Below are positions 1 through 7,050 of a stretch of 19,087 nt of DNA, one piece after another (the first letter of the stretch is position 1; each line of letters starts with the position of its first letter). A program made the translations under genes and the position numbers. This DNA is from Nitrospinota bacterium (GTDB taxonomy: Bacteria > UBA8248): contig JASLZZ010000124.1 of NCBI GenBank assembly GCA_030754595.1, positions 1 through 19,087 on the forward strand. Direction: 5' to 3'. A model generated the notes under the pieces. The model was not told the origin of the DNA. It did no database searches and was given only the letters and a program-made list of their open reading frames with translations.

Positions 1-46
1 AGCTGGGCCGAAGGGCTTCTTTTTGGCTGCCACCATCTCCGGGCAT
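1..46 (-). CDS. 5' start of an unknown gene truncated by the window edge
   Basis: ATG at 46 with GAGAGGA a few nt upstream (MPGDGGSQKEALRPS...); an alternative ATG at 36 is in another frame (MVAAKKKPFGPA). A perfect extended -10 at 79-87 points at it. Frame is ambiguous. Confidence 0.35.
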   Translation of the reverse strand, partial: MPGDGGSQKEALRPS

Positions 47-78
47 CTGATATCCTCTCGCTCGGGCGATTTTGGCCA

Positions 79-87
79 ATTATATCA
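79..87 (-). promoter_or_regulatory. Extended -10 promoter TGaTATAAT
   Basis: Plus-strand ATTATATCA reads TG-A-TATAAT on the minus strand, in an AT-rich intergenic patch about 30 nt above the ATG at 46. Confidence 0.65.
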
Positions 88-142
88 TATGGTTACAGAG
101 ATTCCAGCCTCTTTTTGCTCCGTCCCGCCGCATAATGTGGAG

Positions 143-160
143 TGAATGAATATTCATCGA
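143..160. promoter_or_regulatory. Palindromic TetR-like operator candidate
   Basis: TGAATGAATATTCATCGA with a perfect 12-bp core ATGAATATTCAT (146-157), just downstream of a CATAAT -10-like hexamer (131-136). Confidence 0.45.
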
Positions 161-340
161 TCAAAATTCGAAAAATTACCGGATACCACCAAGGTACATG
201 AAACGGACCCGCCACGGCCAGCGCACCGCGCCGATCCCGTTGTCCGGGGAAGGAGGAGAATGATATCCTCCGCCCATTGGAAAAACCGCCCCGCGCGCAT
301 CGCACGTCGGCGGCCCAGCTCAAACGCATTTTGGAGAAAT

Positions 341-778
341 ATGATGTCCCTTCTGAAAATGACCAAGGATTCCATCGATATCGGCATCGTCGTGAAAGAC
401 CTGGATGTGGCGGAAAAATTTTACGGCGGAACCCTCGGGCTGCCGATAGTCCGGGAGGTGGCGCTGAGCGCCGACATCGCGAGGCAGTCCGGTTGCGCCG
501 GGGGGCCGTTCAACTTCAAGGCCTTTCAGGCCGGAGACGTACAGCTCAAGGTCGTCCAGGCCGAAGCCGGGCCACCTTCGGGCACCGGGAAGATCGATGA
601 AGCGACCGGGGTCCGCTACTTCACTTTTTCGGTCGAGAGCGTGGAGGAGGCCTTCAATTCGCTGAAGGCGGTGGGAGCGGCCATGCAGGGCGAGATCGCC
701 GAGGTCGTTCCCGGCCGGTTCATCTGCTTCTTCGCCGACCCGGACGGAAACCTGCTAGAATGCGTCGGTCCAAAATAG
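341..778 (+). CDS. VOC (glyoxalase/bleomycin resistance) family protein
   Basis: DIGIVVKDLDVAEKFYGGTLGL at the N-terminus and FFADPDGNLLE at the C-terminus are VOC signatures. GGAG precedes ATG 341/344; the ORF-track extension from 146 looks non-coding. Confidence 0.85.
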   Translation: MMSLLKMTKDSIDIGIVVKDLDVAEKFYGGTLGLPIVREVALSADIARQSGCAGGPFNFKAFQAGDVQLKVVQAEAGPPSGTGKIDEATGVRYFTFSVESVEEAFNSLKAVGAAMQGEIAEVVPGRFICFFADPDGNLLECVGPK

Positions 779-839
779 CGCCGGACGACAATCCGCCCCG
801 CCTATCGGCCTCCTTTCGCGCCCGCCGTACGAAGGGCTG

Positions 840-1457
840 ATGTTCGAAATCATTGAAGCCTACATCGCCGAGTTCACCTACGGCGGGATTTTTCTCGTCC
901 TGGTGCTCTGCGGCTTGGGCCTTCCTCTTCCCGAAGACATCCCGATCATCGCTTCGGGATACCTCACCCACCTGGGCACCATTCATTTCGGAATCGCTCT
1001 GGCTGTCAATTTCGCCGGCGTCCTGATCGGCGACATGATCATTTTCAGCATCGGCTACTGGTTGGGCCCCCGCGCCACGCAGCACCGCGCAGTCCACTCG
1101 ATGCTCAACCCGAGGCGGATGAAGAGGGTCGAAAGATTTTTCGCCCGGCACGGGGAAAAAGCCATTTTCTTCGGCCGGTTTCTCGCCGGACTGCGCGCGC
1201 CGCTTTTTCTCGCGGCGGGGATGATGCGCATGTCGGTCTGGCGGTTTTTGGGGATAGATCTGCTCGCCGCGAGCCTGAGTGTCCCCGTGCTGTTTTTCGG
1301 GGCCTATTATTTTGGCGAGGAGCTGGGCACCCTGCGGGAGATGGTCGGAACCACCAAGAGTTTTTTTCTTCTCGCTCTCTTCGCCGGAGCGGCCTGGTAC
1401 GCGCTACGTTACGCCTTCCGCCGCTGGCGCGGTGAAACCGAATCGACTACCGACTGA
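840..1457 (+). CDS. DedA family membrane protein
   Basis: GLGLPLPED, GVLIGD, ERFFARHGEKAIFFGRFLAGLR motifs; several hydrophobic helices. Confidence 0.92.
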   Translation: MFEIIEAYIAEFTYGGIFLVLVLCGLGLPLPEDIPIIASGYLTHLGTIHFGIALAVNFAGVLIGDMIIFSIGYWLGPRATQHRAVHSMLNPRRMKRVERFFARHGEKAIFFGRFLAGLRAPLFLAAGMMRMSVWRFLGIDLLAASLSVPVLFFGAYYFGEELGTLREMVGTTKSFFLLALFAGAAWYALRYAFRRWRGETESTTD

Positions 1458-1488
1458 CGCGGACCGATACTCATCTCGCCATCAATCT

Positions 1489-1520
1489 CCCGTCATCGAT
1501 TTTTCGGAATGCGATGCGGG
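1489..1520. terminator. Imperfect hairpin between convergent DedA gene and thrB
   Basis: CCCG(T)CATCG ATTT-TTCG loop-GAAT(G)CGATG CGGG; only a short T tail. Confidence 0.45.
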
Positions 1521-1523
1521 TTA

Positions 1524-2462
1524 TCAGGAAGCGGCGGCGGTTGCCGAGACGCCGGAGTAATCGACCGCGTGCGCTCCCCTGGAAGCGATTCGAAGGACAT
1601 GCATCCGGGTGTCGATCCCGTGAACGCGGTAGACCTCGCGCATCGCGAGCCCGGCCTTTCCGGCATTCTGATCGCAAATGGCCAGCACGCACGGGCCCGC
1701 CCCGCTGATGCAGGCGCCCAGCGCCCCAGCCTCATGGGCCGCCTCGAACACCTCGTCGAGGGGGCCCATCAGCTCCTTTCGGTAGGGCTGGTGAAACTTG
1801 TCCCGCATCGCCTCGCGGAACAACTCGTTTTGGCCGTACGCGAACGCCGCCATCAGCATCCCCACGCGCTGGACGTTGAAGGTCCCGTCGGAAAGCGGAA
1901 TCCGCTCGGGAATCTTTTTCCGCGCCTCCTTGGTGCTGACCTCGAAGGCGGGGACGACGATCACCCAACGGTAGCGATCCACCAAGGGAGCGCGGGTAAA
2001 CAGCGTCCGGCCCTCCTCGGTGGTGGCCGAAATACAGAACCCCCCGACGAGGGCGGGGACCACATTGTCGGGGTGACCCTCCATCTCAACGGCCATTTGA
2101 ACGAGTTCGTCCATCGACAAGGGGCTCCCCAGCATCATGTTTCCCCCCACCAGCCCGCCGACCAGGGCCGCCGAACTGCTGCCGAGGCCCCTCGCCAGCG
2201 GAATGTGGTTGCGCTGCTTCATCCATAACCCGGGGAGCGCACGCCCTGCCTTTTTGTAGACCCTCTTTACGGCCTCAACGGAAATGTTGGTTTCATCGCG
2301 GGGAATCTCGGCCGCCCCTTCGCCTTCGACATGAACCGAAAGGCCCCAGGGAAGCTCGTCCAGCTCGACGCGGTTATAGAGATTGAGCGCCACCCCCAGG
2401 GCGTCGAAACCGGGACCGAGATTCGTTGTGCTGGAGGGAACCTGAACGCGCACCATTACCAT
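1524..2462 (-). CDS. thrB: Homoserine kinase
   Basis: VPSSTTNLGPGFDALGVAL, GHMP motif IPLARGLGSSSAA, EGHPDNV, HQPYR, ISGAGP; GGGAG RBS. Confidence 0.96.
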   Translation of the reverse strand: MVMVRVQVPSSTTNLGPGFDALGVALNLYNRVELDELPWGLSVHVEGEGAAEIPRDETNISVEAVKRVYKKAGRALPGLWMKQRNHIPLARGLGSSSAALVGGLVGGNMMLGSPLSMDELVQMAVEMEGHPDNVVPALVGGFCISATTEEGRTLFTRAPLVDRYRWVIVVPAFEVSTKEARKKIPERIPLSDGTFNVQRVGMLMAAFAYGQNELFREAMRDKFHQPYRKELMGPLDEVFEAAHEAGALGACISGAGPCVLAICDQNAGKAGLAMREVYRVHGIDTRMHVLRIASRGAHAVDYSGVSATAAAS

Positions 2463-2480
2463 ATTGGCGCTCCCTTGCTC

Positions 2481-3059
2481 TTATTCCGGGATATCCACAG
2501 ACTTCGCGAGGGCGCAGCCCGCGCCGAGCATCTCCTGAATCGCCCGGTCTCCGTCGCCGGGCTTGACGTCCACCGCCCGGATGGCGTCTTCCAAAACCAC
2601 GACCTCGAGCCCTTCCGATCGGCCGTCGAGCGCGGTGGCACGCACACAGTAATCCGTTGCCAGACCGCAAACAAATATCCGCCTCACCCCCCGCGACTTG
2701 AGCTCGGCGGCCAGCCGGGTGCCGTCGAATCCCGAGTAGGCGTCGGCGTCCTTCAGGGCGCCTTTCGAGATGATCAGATCGACCCGGTCCGCGTCCATCC
2801 CGGGATGAAAGCGGGCGCCCGGCGTCTCGGCCACACAGTGAGGCGGCCAAAGGCCTCCCTGGGCTTGAAAGGAAACGTGGCCGGCGGGATGCCAGTCGCG
2901 GGTGGCCGCCTTGAAAGGACGCGAAAGCGCGAGAAGGCGGTTGACCAGCGGAACGATGAGATCTCCCTCCGAAACGGCCAGCGCCCCGCCGGGGCAAAAA
3001 TCGATTTGAAGATCGACGACGACCAGCGCGTCCTCCGATCCGGCGGCGATATCGCTCAC
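2481..3059 (-). CDS. pncA: Nicotinamidase/pyrazinamidase
   Basis: VVDLQIDFCPGGALAV, TRDWHP, WPPHCV, YSGF and GLATDYCV (catalytic Cys); GTG start with GGAGAG RBS. Confidence 0.93.
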   Translation of the reverse strand: MSDIAAGSEDALVVVDLQIDFCPGGALAVSEGDLIVPLVNRLLALSRPFKAATRDWHPAGHVSFQAQGGLWPPHCVAETPGARFHPGMDADRVDLIISKGALKDADAYSGFDGTRLAAELKSRGVRRIFVCGLATDYCVRATALDGRSEGLEVVVLEDAIRAVDVKPGDGDRAIQEMLGAGCALAKSVDIPE

Positions 3060-3078
3060 ATCATCTCTCCCGGCCCTC

Positions 3079-3543
3079 TCAGCCGCGATCGCCGTTCAGC
3101 TGGGCGTAATACCCCTGAAGAGCTTCCATCAACTCGCCGAAATACTGGCGGTAGTGAAACAGGGTCATCCCGTAGGGGTCCTTGAGCGTGTCACCCGGCC
3201 TCCCGCCCGGCTTGTACTGGACCAGCTCAATCACCTTTTCGATTCCTTCGGGAAAGTTCATCTCGATAAAATCCGCATGCTCGGGGGACATTACGGCAAT
3301 CTCGTCCGCCCAGTCCACGAGTTCGGACGTGACAGGCTGGGCCTCATGGGATATCAAATCCAGCCCGACCGCGCTCGCAACCTGCTGGGCCTCCGAGGGA
3401 GAACTGCTTCCCGCGAAGGCGTGGGTTCCCGCCGAGCGGGCGTGCAGGTCGCGGCGATCCGCTCTCGAGGCGAATTCTTTCAGCAGCGCCTCCGCCATCG
3501 GCGAGCGGCAGAGATTTCCCGTGCAAACGAATAGAATGTTCAT
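3079..3543 (-). CDS. Low-molecular-weight protein tyrosine/arginine phosphatase
   Basis: ILFVCTGNLCRSPMAE P-loop (CX5R), SAGT and DPY general-acid motif. Confidence 0.92.
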   Translation of the reverse strand: MNILFVCTGNLCRSPMAEALLKEFASRADRRDLHARSAGTHAFAGSSSPSEAQQVASAVGLDLISHEAQPVTSELVDWADEIAVMSPEHADFIEMNFPEGIEKVIELVQYKPGGRPGDTLKDPYGMTLFHYRQYFGELMEALQGYYAQLNGDRG

Positions 3544-3547
3544 TACC

Positions 3548-4387
3548 TCAGCGCGGCCCTTTCGGATTCACCCCGGCAAGCCGCAATTGAACAGGCTCGC
3601 GCTTATTCCCTCTCCTGACGGAAATATTCATTCCCGACGAATTTTTCACAAACTGCCTCTCGAACAATTCAACCGAGAGCACCTCTTTCCCCTCCACGAG
3701 AAATATCACATCTCCCCGGCGGAGCCCCGACTTCTCGGCGGCCTGTCCCTCGGCGACCTGCGAGACGAGAAGACCGCCGGTTATTCCGCCGCCGAAGTAG
3801 CGGGCCAGGAGCGGAGTCATCGACTGCAGAACGACTCCGAGGTGATCGCGGTGGGTCAGCTTCGTCGACGCAGGGCCGATCGCGTTGTCGCTCAGGACCT
3901 TGGCCCTAGCGAATATGGGGGCCTTCACCCGAAGGGCGAGCGCGATGGCGTCAGAGGGCCGGCTGTCGATGGAAAATCTCCTCTCGGAGGATTTCATGAC
4001 GATATGGGCGTAAAAAGTGCCCCCCTTGAGCTCGGTGACGATCACCCGGATCACCTTCGCCCTCAGGCCGCCGATGATGTTCCGGAGCAAATCGTGCGTC
4101 ATCGGCCGGGGCGGAATCACCCCGCTCAGTTGCATCATGATGGCCCGCGCCTCCGCCGGACCGATCCAGATCGGCAGGATCGTGCCCTTCTTCTCGTCCT
4201 CGAGAACAACGATGGGCTGATTGTTCTGGGAGTCCACCAAAACCGTTTTCACCAAAACCCGGCGGAGCCCGCTCCTGGATGCCGGATCGGGCGCGGCGGC
4301 TTCCCCGGCGGCCCCGGCGGCCCCGGTGAAAATCAACCCGGCCGTAAGGAAAAAGCCAACGGCGAATCTGAGCGAAAACCGGATCAT
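3548..4387 (-). CDS. DUF151 bifunctional nuclease (DNase/RNase) domain protein with N-terminal signal/anchor and C-terminal PDZ domain
   Basis: LPIWIGPAEA, PPRPMTHDLL, GTFYA and DSRPSDAIALALR are DUF151 motifs. LGVVLQSMT..LARYFG..GGLLVSQV...GLRRGDVI resembles an HtrA-type PDZ. ATG 4387 has a GGAG RBS 7 nt upstream and starts MIRFSLRF followed by a hydrophobic stretch. Confidence 0.88.
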   Translation of the reverse strand: MIRFSLRFAVGFFLTAGLIFTGAAGAAGEAAAPDPASRSGLRRVLVKTVLVDSQNNQPIVVLEDEKKGTILPIWIGPAEARAIMMQLSGVIPPRPMTHDLLRNIIGGLRAKVIRVIVTELKGGTFYAHIVMKSSERRFSIDSRPSDAIALALRVKAPIFARAKVLSDNAIGPASTKLTHRDHLGVVLQSMTPLLARYFGGGITGGLLVSQVAEGQAAEKSGLRRGDVIFLVEGKEVLSVELFERQFVKNSSGMNISVRRGNKREPVQLRLAGVNPKGPR

Positions 4388-4530
4388 GCGAATACTCCAA
4401 ATGACAGGCGCCTCGCCCTGGAATCCATCCTGAAACGCCATCCGGAAACTGCGGCCGGAGGAAGGGCGGTCCACATTGTACATAGCGGCTCGCCGGAAGT
4501 CCGCCGCCGCGGCATACCGCCGATGAAGGC

Positions 4531-4560
4531 AGACTATCACCCGAAAAACGGCCCAATCAA
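4531..4560 (-). promoter_or_regulatory. Sigma70-like promoter for the DUF151-PDZ to thrB operon
   Basis: TTGATT-N18-TAGTCT with an extended TG, on the minus strand. Confidence 0.5.
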
Positions 4561-4664
4561 GATGAGCCACAAGGGGCCGGGAAACGATGGGTTGAGCGCT
4601 ACGCCTGCGCCTTTTTGCCGGACAGTTTTCCGGCCGCGGTCGGCCGCGAATCGCGTCTCCGCCC

Positions 4665-4692
4665 TTGACACCCGCACCAACTCTGATACACT
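4665..4692 (+). promoter_or_regulatory. Sigma70-like promoter upstream of the HDOD remnant
   Basis: TTGACA-N16-TACACT with an extended TG (4684-4685), followed by an AT-rich tract. Confidence 0.6.
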
Positions 4693-4837
4693 CTAGATTA
4701 AGCTTCGATATTCCAAATATTGCTCATTTAATACTTTAATTCGAGCTGTTAGCCCGGTGGGGGCGGGAGCCCTTTCTTGCTGGAACTGGAGCCGATTCAG
4801 GATGCAGCGAATCGAGGCGACACAGGCAGAGACGGAC

Positions 4838-5201
4838 ATGTCCACCTGAAGATAAGATTCTCTTCATCGAATCCGAGAACGAAGTCCTCGGATTCAACCA
4901 CACCAAAGTCGGGGATTGGCCCTGCGGAAAGTGGAACCTGCCTGCCAACCTCCGCGATCCGATCACGCTGCACCACGCTCCCCAAAGCGCCAAAAACGCC
5001 CCCGAGGCCACCGCCGTCGTTCATATGGCCGACATTCTCATCCGGGCCGTCGGATTCGGAAACGGCGGCGACATGGGGATGCCCGTCCTCGACAGGGACA
5101 TTGTCAAAACCCTGGGCCTCTCGCTAACCGATATCGCGGAAATTCTCGATGAGATGGAAGGTGAGTTTCTCAAGAGCGAAGATCTCATCCCCAGCGAGTA
5201 A
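4838..5201 (+). pseudogene. C-terminal remnant of an HDOD/HD-domain signalling protein
   Basis: The frame at 4851-5201 reads DKILFIESENEVLGFNHTKVGDWPCGKWNLPANLRDPITLHHAP...VVHMADILIRAVGFGNGG...SEDLIPSE*, matching the HDOD pattern ExxxLGFxHxxVG..W.LP...I..HHxP...VH.AD. There is no ATG/GTG/TTG between the stop at 4737 and the motif. An out-of-frame ATG TCC ACC TGA sits at 4838. Confidence 0.78.
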
Positions 5202-5282
5202 GACCCATCCCATGAATCCCGGCGGCTCCTCGTGGCCGCCGCTTATTAGTGCGTCCATTCCCCAGGAGCCCGGAGCCCCAGG

Positions 5283-6062
5283 ATGGCGAACGATCCCGCT
5301 CTTGCCCTGACCGTCCTCGGGACCGGCGACGCCTTCGCCACGGGAGGCCACCCGCATAGCTGCTACCTGCTCGAGCCGATCGGGGAGGGCGAGAGCGAAT
5401 GCCACGCCGCCCTGATCGACTGCGGCCCCACGGCCGTCCCCATGCTTCAGGGCATGGCTTTCGATCTCGCCGAAATCGATCTCGTTCTCCTGACCCACCA
5501 CCACGGCGATCACATCGCGGGGGTGGCGTTTCTATATCTGAACTATCAGTTTCTTTTTCAGCGAAACCGCCCGCTGACCGTCGCCGGCCCGCCGGGCACG
5601 GAGGAAAAATGCGAGGAGATTTTCAGGGCGAGCTACGGGGAAACCGCCGACCTGATGAAGCGCCGCTTCGATTTAGAATACATCGAACTCGAGGACGGCG
5701 CCGAGCGCGAAATCCTGGGGCTCGCAATTCTGCCGGGGCGGGTCACTCACATGCGCAAGGGCATTCCTTTCGGTTACCGCATCGGCTGGCAGGGCCGCGC
5801 CCTGGGGCTGAGCGGCGACACCGAGTGGGACGAGAACCTCATCGCCCTCGCGGAGGAAACCGATATTTTCCTGATGGAGTGCTACACCGCCGATAAAAAA
5901 ATCCCGTTTCACACCTCGCTAAAAGATCTCGAGCGCGAGGGAGGCCGCCTCCGCACCCGCCGCCTTCTTTTGACGCATATGGGCGAGGATGTCCGCAGGC
6001 TCGCCGCGCCTAGCGAATCTCCCTTCGAGGCCGCCCGGGACGGGCAACGAATAGAATTTTAA
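5283..6062 (+). CDS. Metallo-beta-lactamase fold hydrolase, RNase Z/BN-like
   Basis: VLGTGDAF, LIDCG, THHHGDH (HxHxDH), SGDT and LLLTHM. Confidence 0.88.
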   Translation: MANDPALALTVLGTGDAFATGGHPHSCYLLEPIGEGESECHAALIDCGPTAVPMLQGMAFDLAEIDLVLLTHHHGDHIAGVAFLYLNYQFLFQRNRPLTVAGPPGTEEKCEEIFRASYGETADLMKRRFDLEYIELEDGAEREILGLAILPGRVTHMRKGIPFGYRIGWQGRALGLSGDTEWDENLIALAEETDIFLMECYTADKKIPFHTSLKDLEREGGRLRTRRLLLTHMGEDVRRLAAPSESPFEAARDGQRIEF

Positions 6063-6072
6063 CCGGGAAAAG

Positions 6073-6378
6073 CTACTTCGTCTGGGTCATCAACACGTCG
6101 TACATGCTGACCTTGGCGGGACCGGCGAAAATATCGGGCGGCGTCTCGGAGGCCCGGGAGTGCGCCTTGTGAAACGCATCGCTCCCGACCCAGCCTTCGA
6201 ACGCGGATTTACTCTCCCAGATCGTATGGCTGATAAAATCGCCGCCCTCGCCGCGGAGCAGGTTAAACTCGCGAAAGCCGTCCACTTCCTTGAGATAGGA
6301 ATCCCGAGTCCGCCAGATTTCCTCGAACTCCCCCTCGCGGCCCTCGGCCACCTGAAACCTGTTCATCACGATATACAT
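6073..6378 (-). CDS. Antibiotic-biosynthesis monooxygenase family protein, IsdG/HmoA-like heme-degrading type
   Basis: MYIVMNRFQV...FEEIW..R.SYL..V.GF..F.LL, W.S..AFEGW..S.AFHKAH; GGGAG RBS before ATG 6378. Confidence 0.85.
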   Translation of the reverse strand: MYIVMNRFQVAEGREGEFEEIWRTRDSYLKEVDGFREFNLLRGEGGDFISHTIWESKSAFEGWVGSDAFHKAHSRASETPPDIFAGPAKVSMYDVLMTQTK

Positions 6379-6518
6379 TTGACGCTCCCAAAATTCATGC
6401 GTTTTTATCGACGTCGAAATTTCGCTGGCCACCCCGGAAACGGCTCACCCCGCCGCTCCTGAATACTCTTCAACCTTCCCGGCGAAAAATCAAGACGCGA
6501 AAAATTGCAATCCGCCTT

Positions 6519-6548
6519 TTGACATCTCTTTATCTTTTGTTTCATTGT
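6519..6548 (+). promoter_or_regulatory. Possible sigma70 promoter for the cupin gene
   Basis: TTGACA (6519-6524)-N18-CATTGT in an AT-rich intergenic region. Confidence 0.35.
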
Positions 6549-6634
6549 GGGTGAATCAAAACAGGCGAAATCATTTTAAGCGAAGACCCGATACTTCACC
6601 GGGCGAGAGTCCGAGCCTTCACTGGAGGAAAGCC

Positions 6635-6991
6635 ATGAGCGCCTCAGCAGACAGAAAGGCCTGTGTCATCCGGCCAGACGAGCTCCCCGACGACGAAATC
6701 GACGGCGGGGCCACCCACAAAACCATCGTCACCCGGAGTGCGAACGAAACCGACATCACCATCTACCGCTCCCGGATCACGCCGGGAAAGTCCCACGACT
6801 GGCACCATCACGAAGTGGACGAAGTGATTTTCTGCGTCGGCGGCGAGGGGCGCTACGAACTAGAGGACGGCGAGCTCCGCTTCAAGGCGGGCGAGTTTAT
6901 TTTCATGCCGAAGGGCACCGAGCACCGAAGCTCGTCCACCACGGACGCTCCCGTCGAGCTCGTCGCCATCTTCCAGCCCAGCCTGGAGTAG
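6635..6991 (+). CDS. Cupin domain protein
   Basis: PGKSHDWHHHEVDEVIFCVGGEG (motif 1) and GEFIFMPKGTEH (motif 2); GGAGG RBS before ATG 6635. Confidence 0.9.
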   Translation: MSASADRKACVIRPDELPDDEIDGGATHKTIVTRSANETDITIYRSRITPGKSHDWHHHEVDEVIFCVGGEGRYELEDGELRFKAGEFIFMPKGTEHRSSSTTDAPVELVAIFQPSLE

Positions 6992-7008
6992 GCGCTCCGG
7001 GAAACTGT

Positions 7009-7032
7009 CCGTGGAGCCGGCCGGCTCCACGG
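7009..7032. terminator. Perfect 24-bp palindrome between convergent genes
   Basis: CCGTGGAGCCGG is followed directly by its reverse complement CCGGCTCCACGG; no U tract. Confidence 0.5.
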
Positions 7033-7050
7033 GGCCCTGCCGATTGGGCG

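Noticed and set aside
146..340. N-terminal extension of the VOC ORF (210 aa version)
   Set aside because: Arg/Pro-rich with no domain resemblance; it starts inside the operator palindrome, and a good RBS precedes ATG 341/344.
4388..4525. GC-rich leader hairpins as a possible riboswitch
   Set aside because: I could not match them to any riboswitch consensus I know; short stems are expected at this GC content. An Rfam/Infernal scan would settle it.
4388..4570. Longer 340-aa start for the DUF151-PDZ gene
   Set aside because: It runs across the predicted promoter; ATG 4387 has an RBS and places the signal peptide at the N-terminus.
3182..4696. 504-aa plus-strand ORF
   Set aside because: Antisense shadow of the phosphatase and DUF151-PDZ genes; no recognisable motifs; expected in GC-rich DNA.
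4847..4849. TGA as a possible selenocysteine codon
   Set aside because: Read-through stays in the wrong frame for the HDOD sequence, and I see no SECIS-like context or redox motif.
4777..5152. ORF-track entries 4777-5127, 4916-5152 and the antisense ORFs here
   Set aside because: The third plus frame carries the recognisable HDOD sequence; these are its off-frame readings.
6549..6634. Cupin leader as a Moco-type riboswitch (TCCGAGCC)
   Set aside because: Only a short word matches; the rest of the structure is missing.
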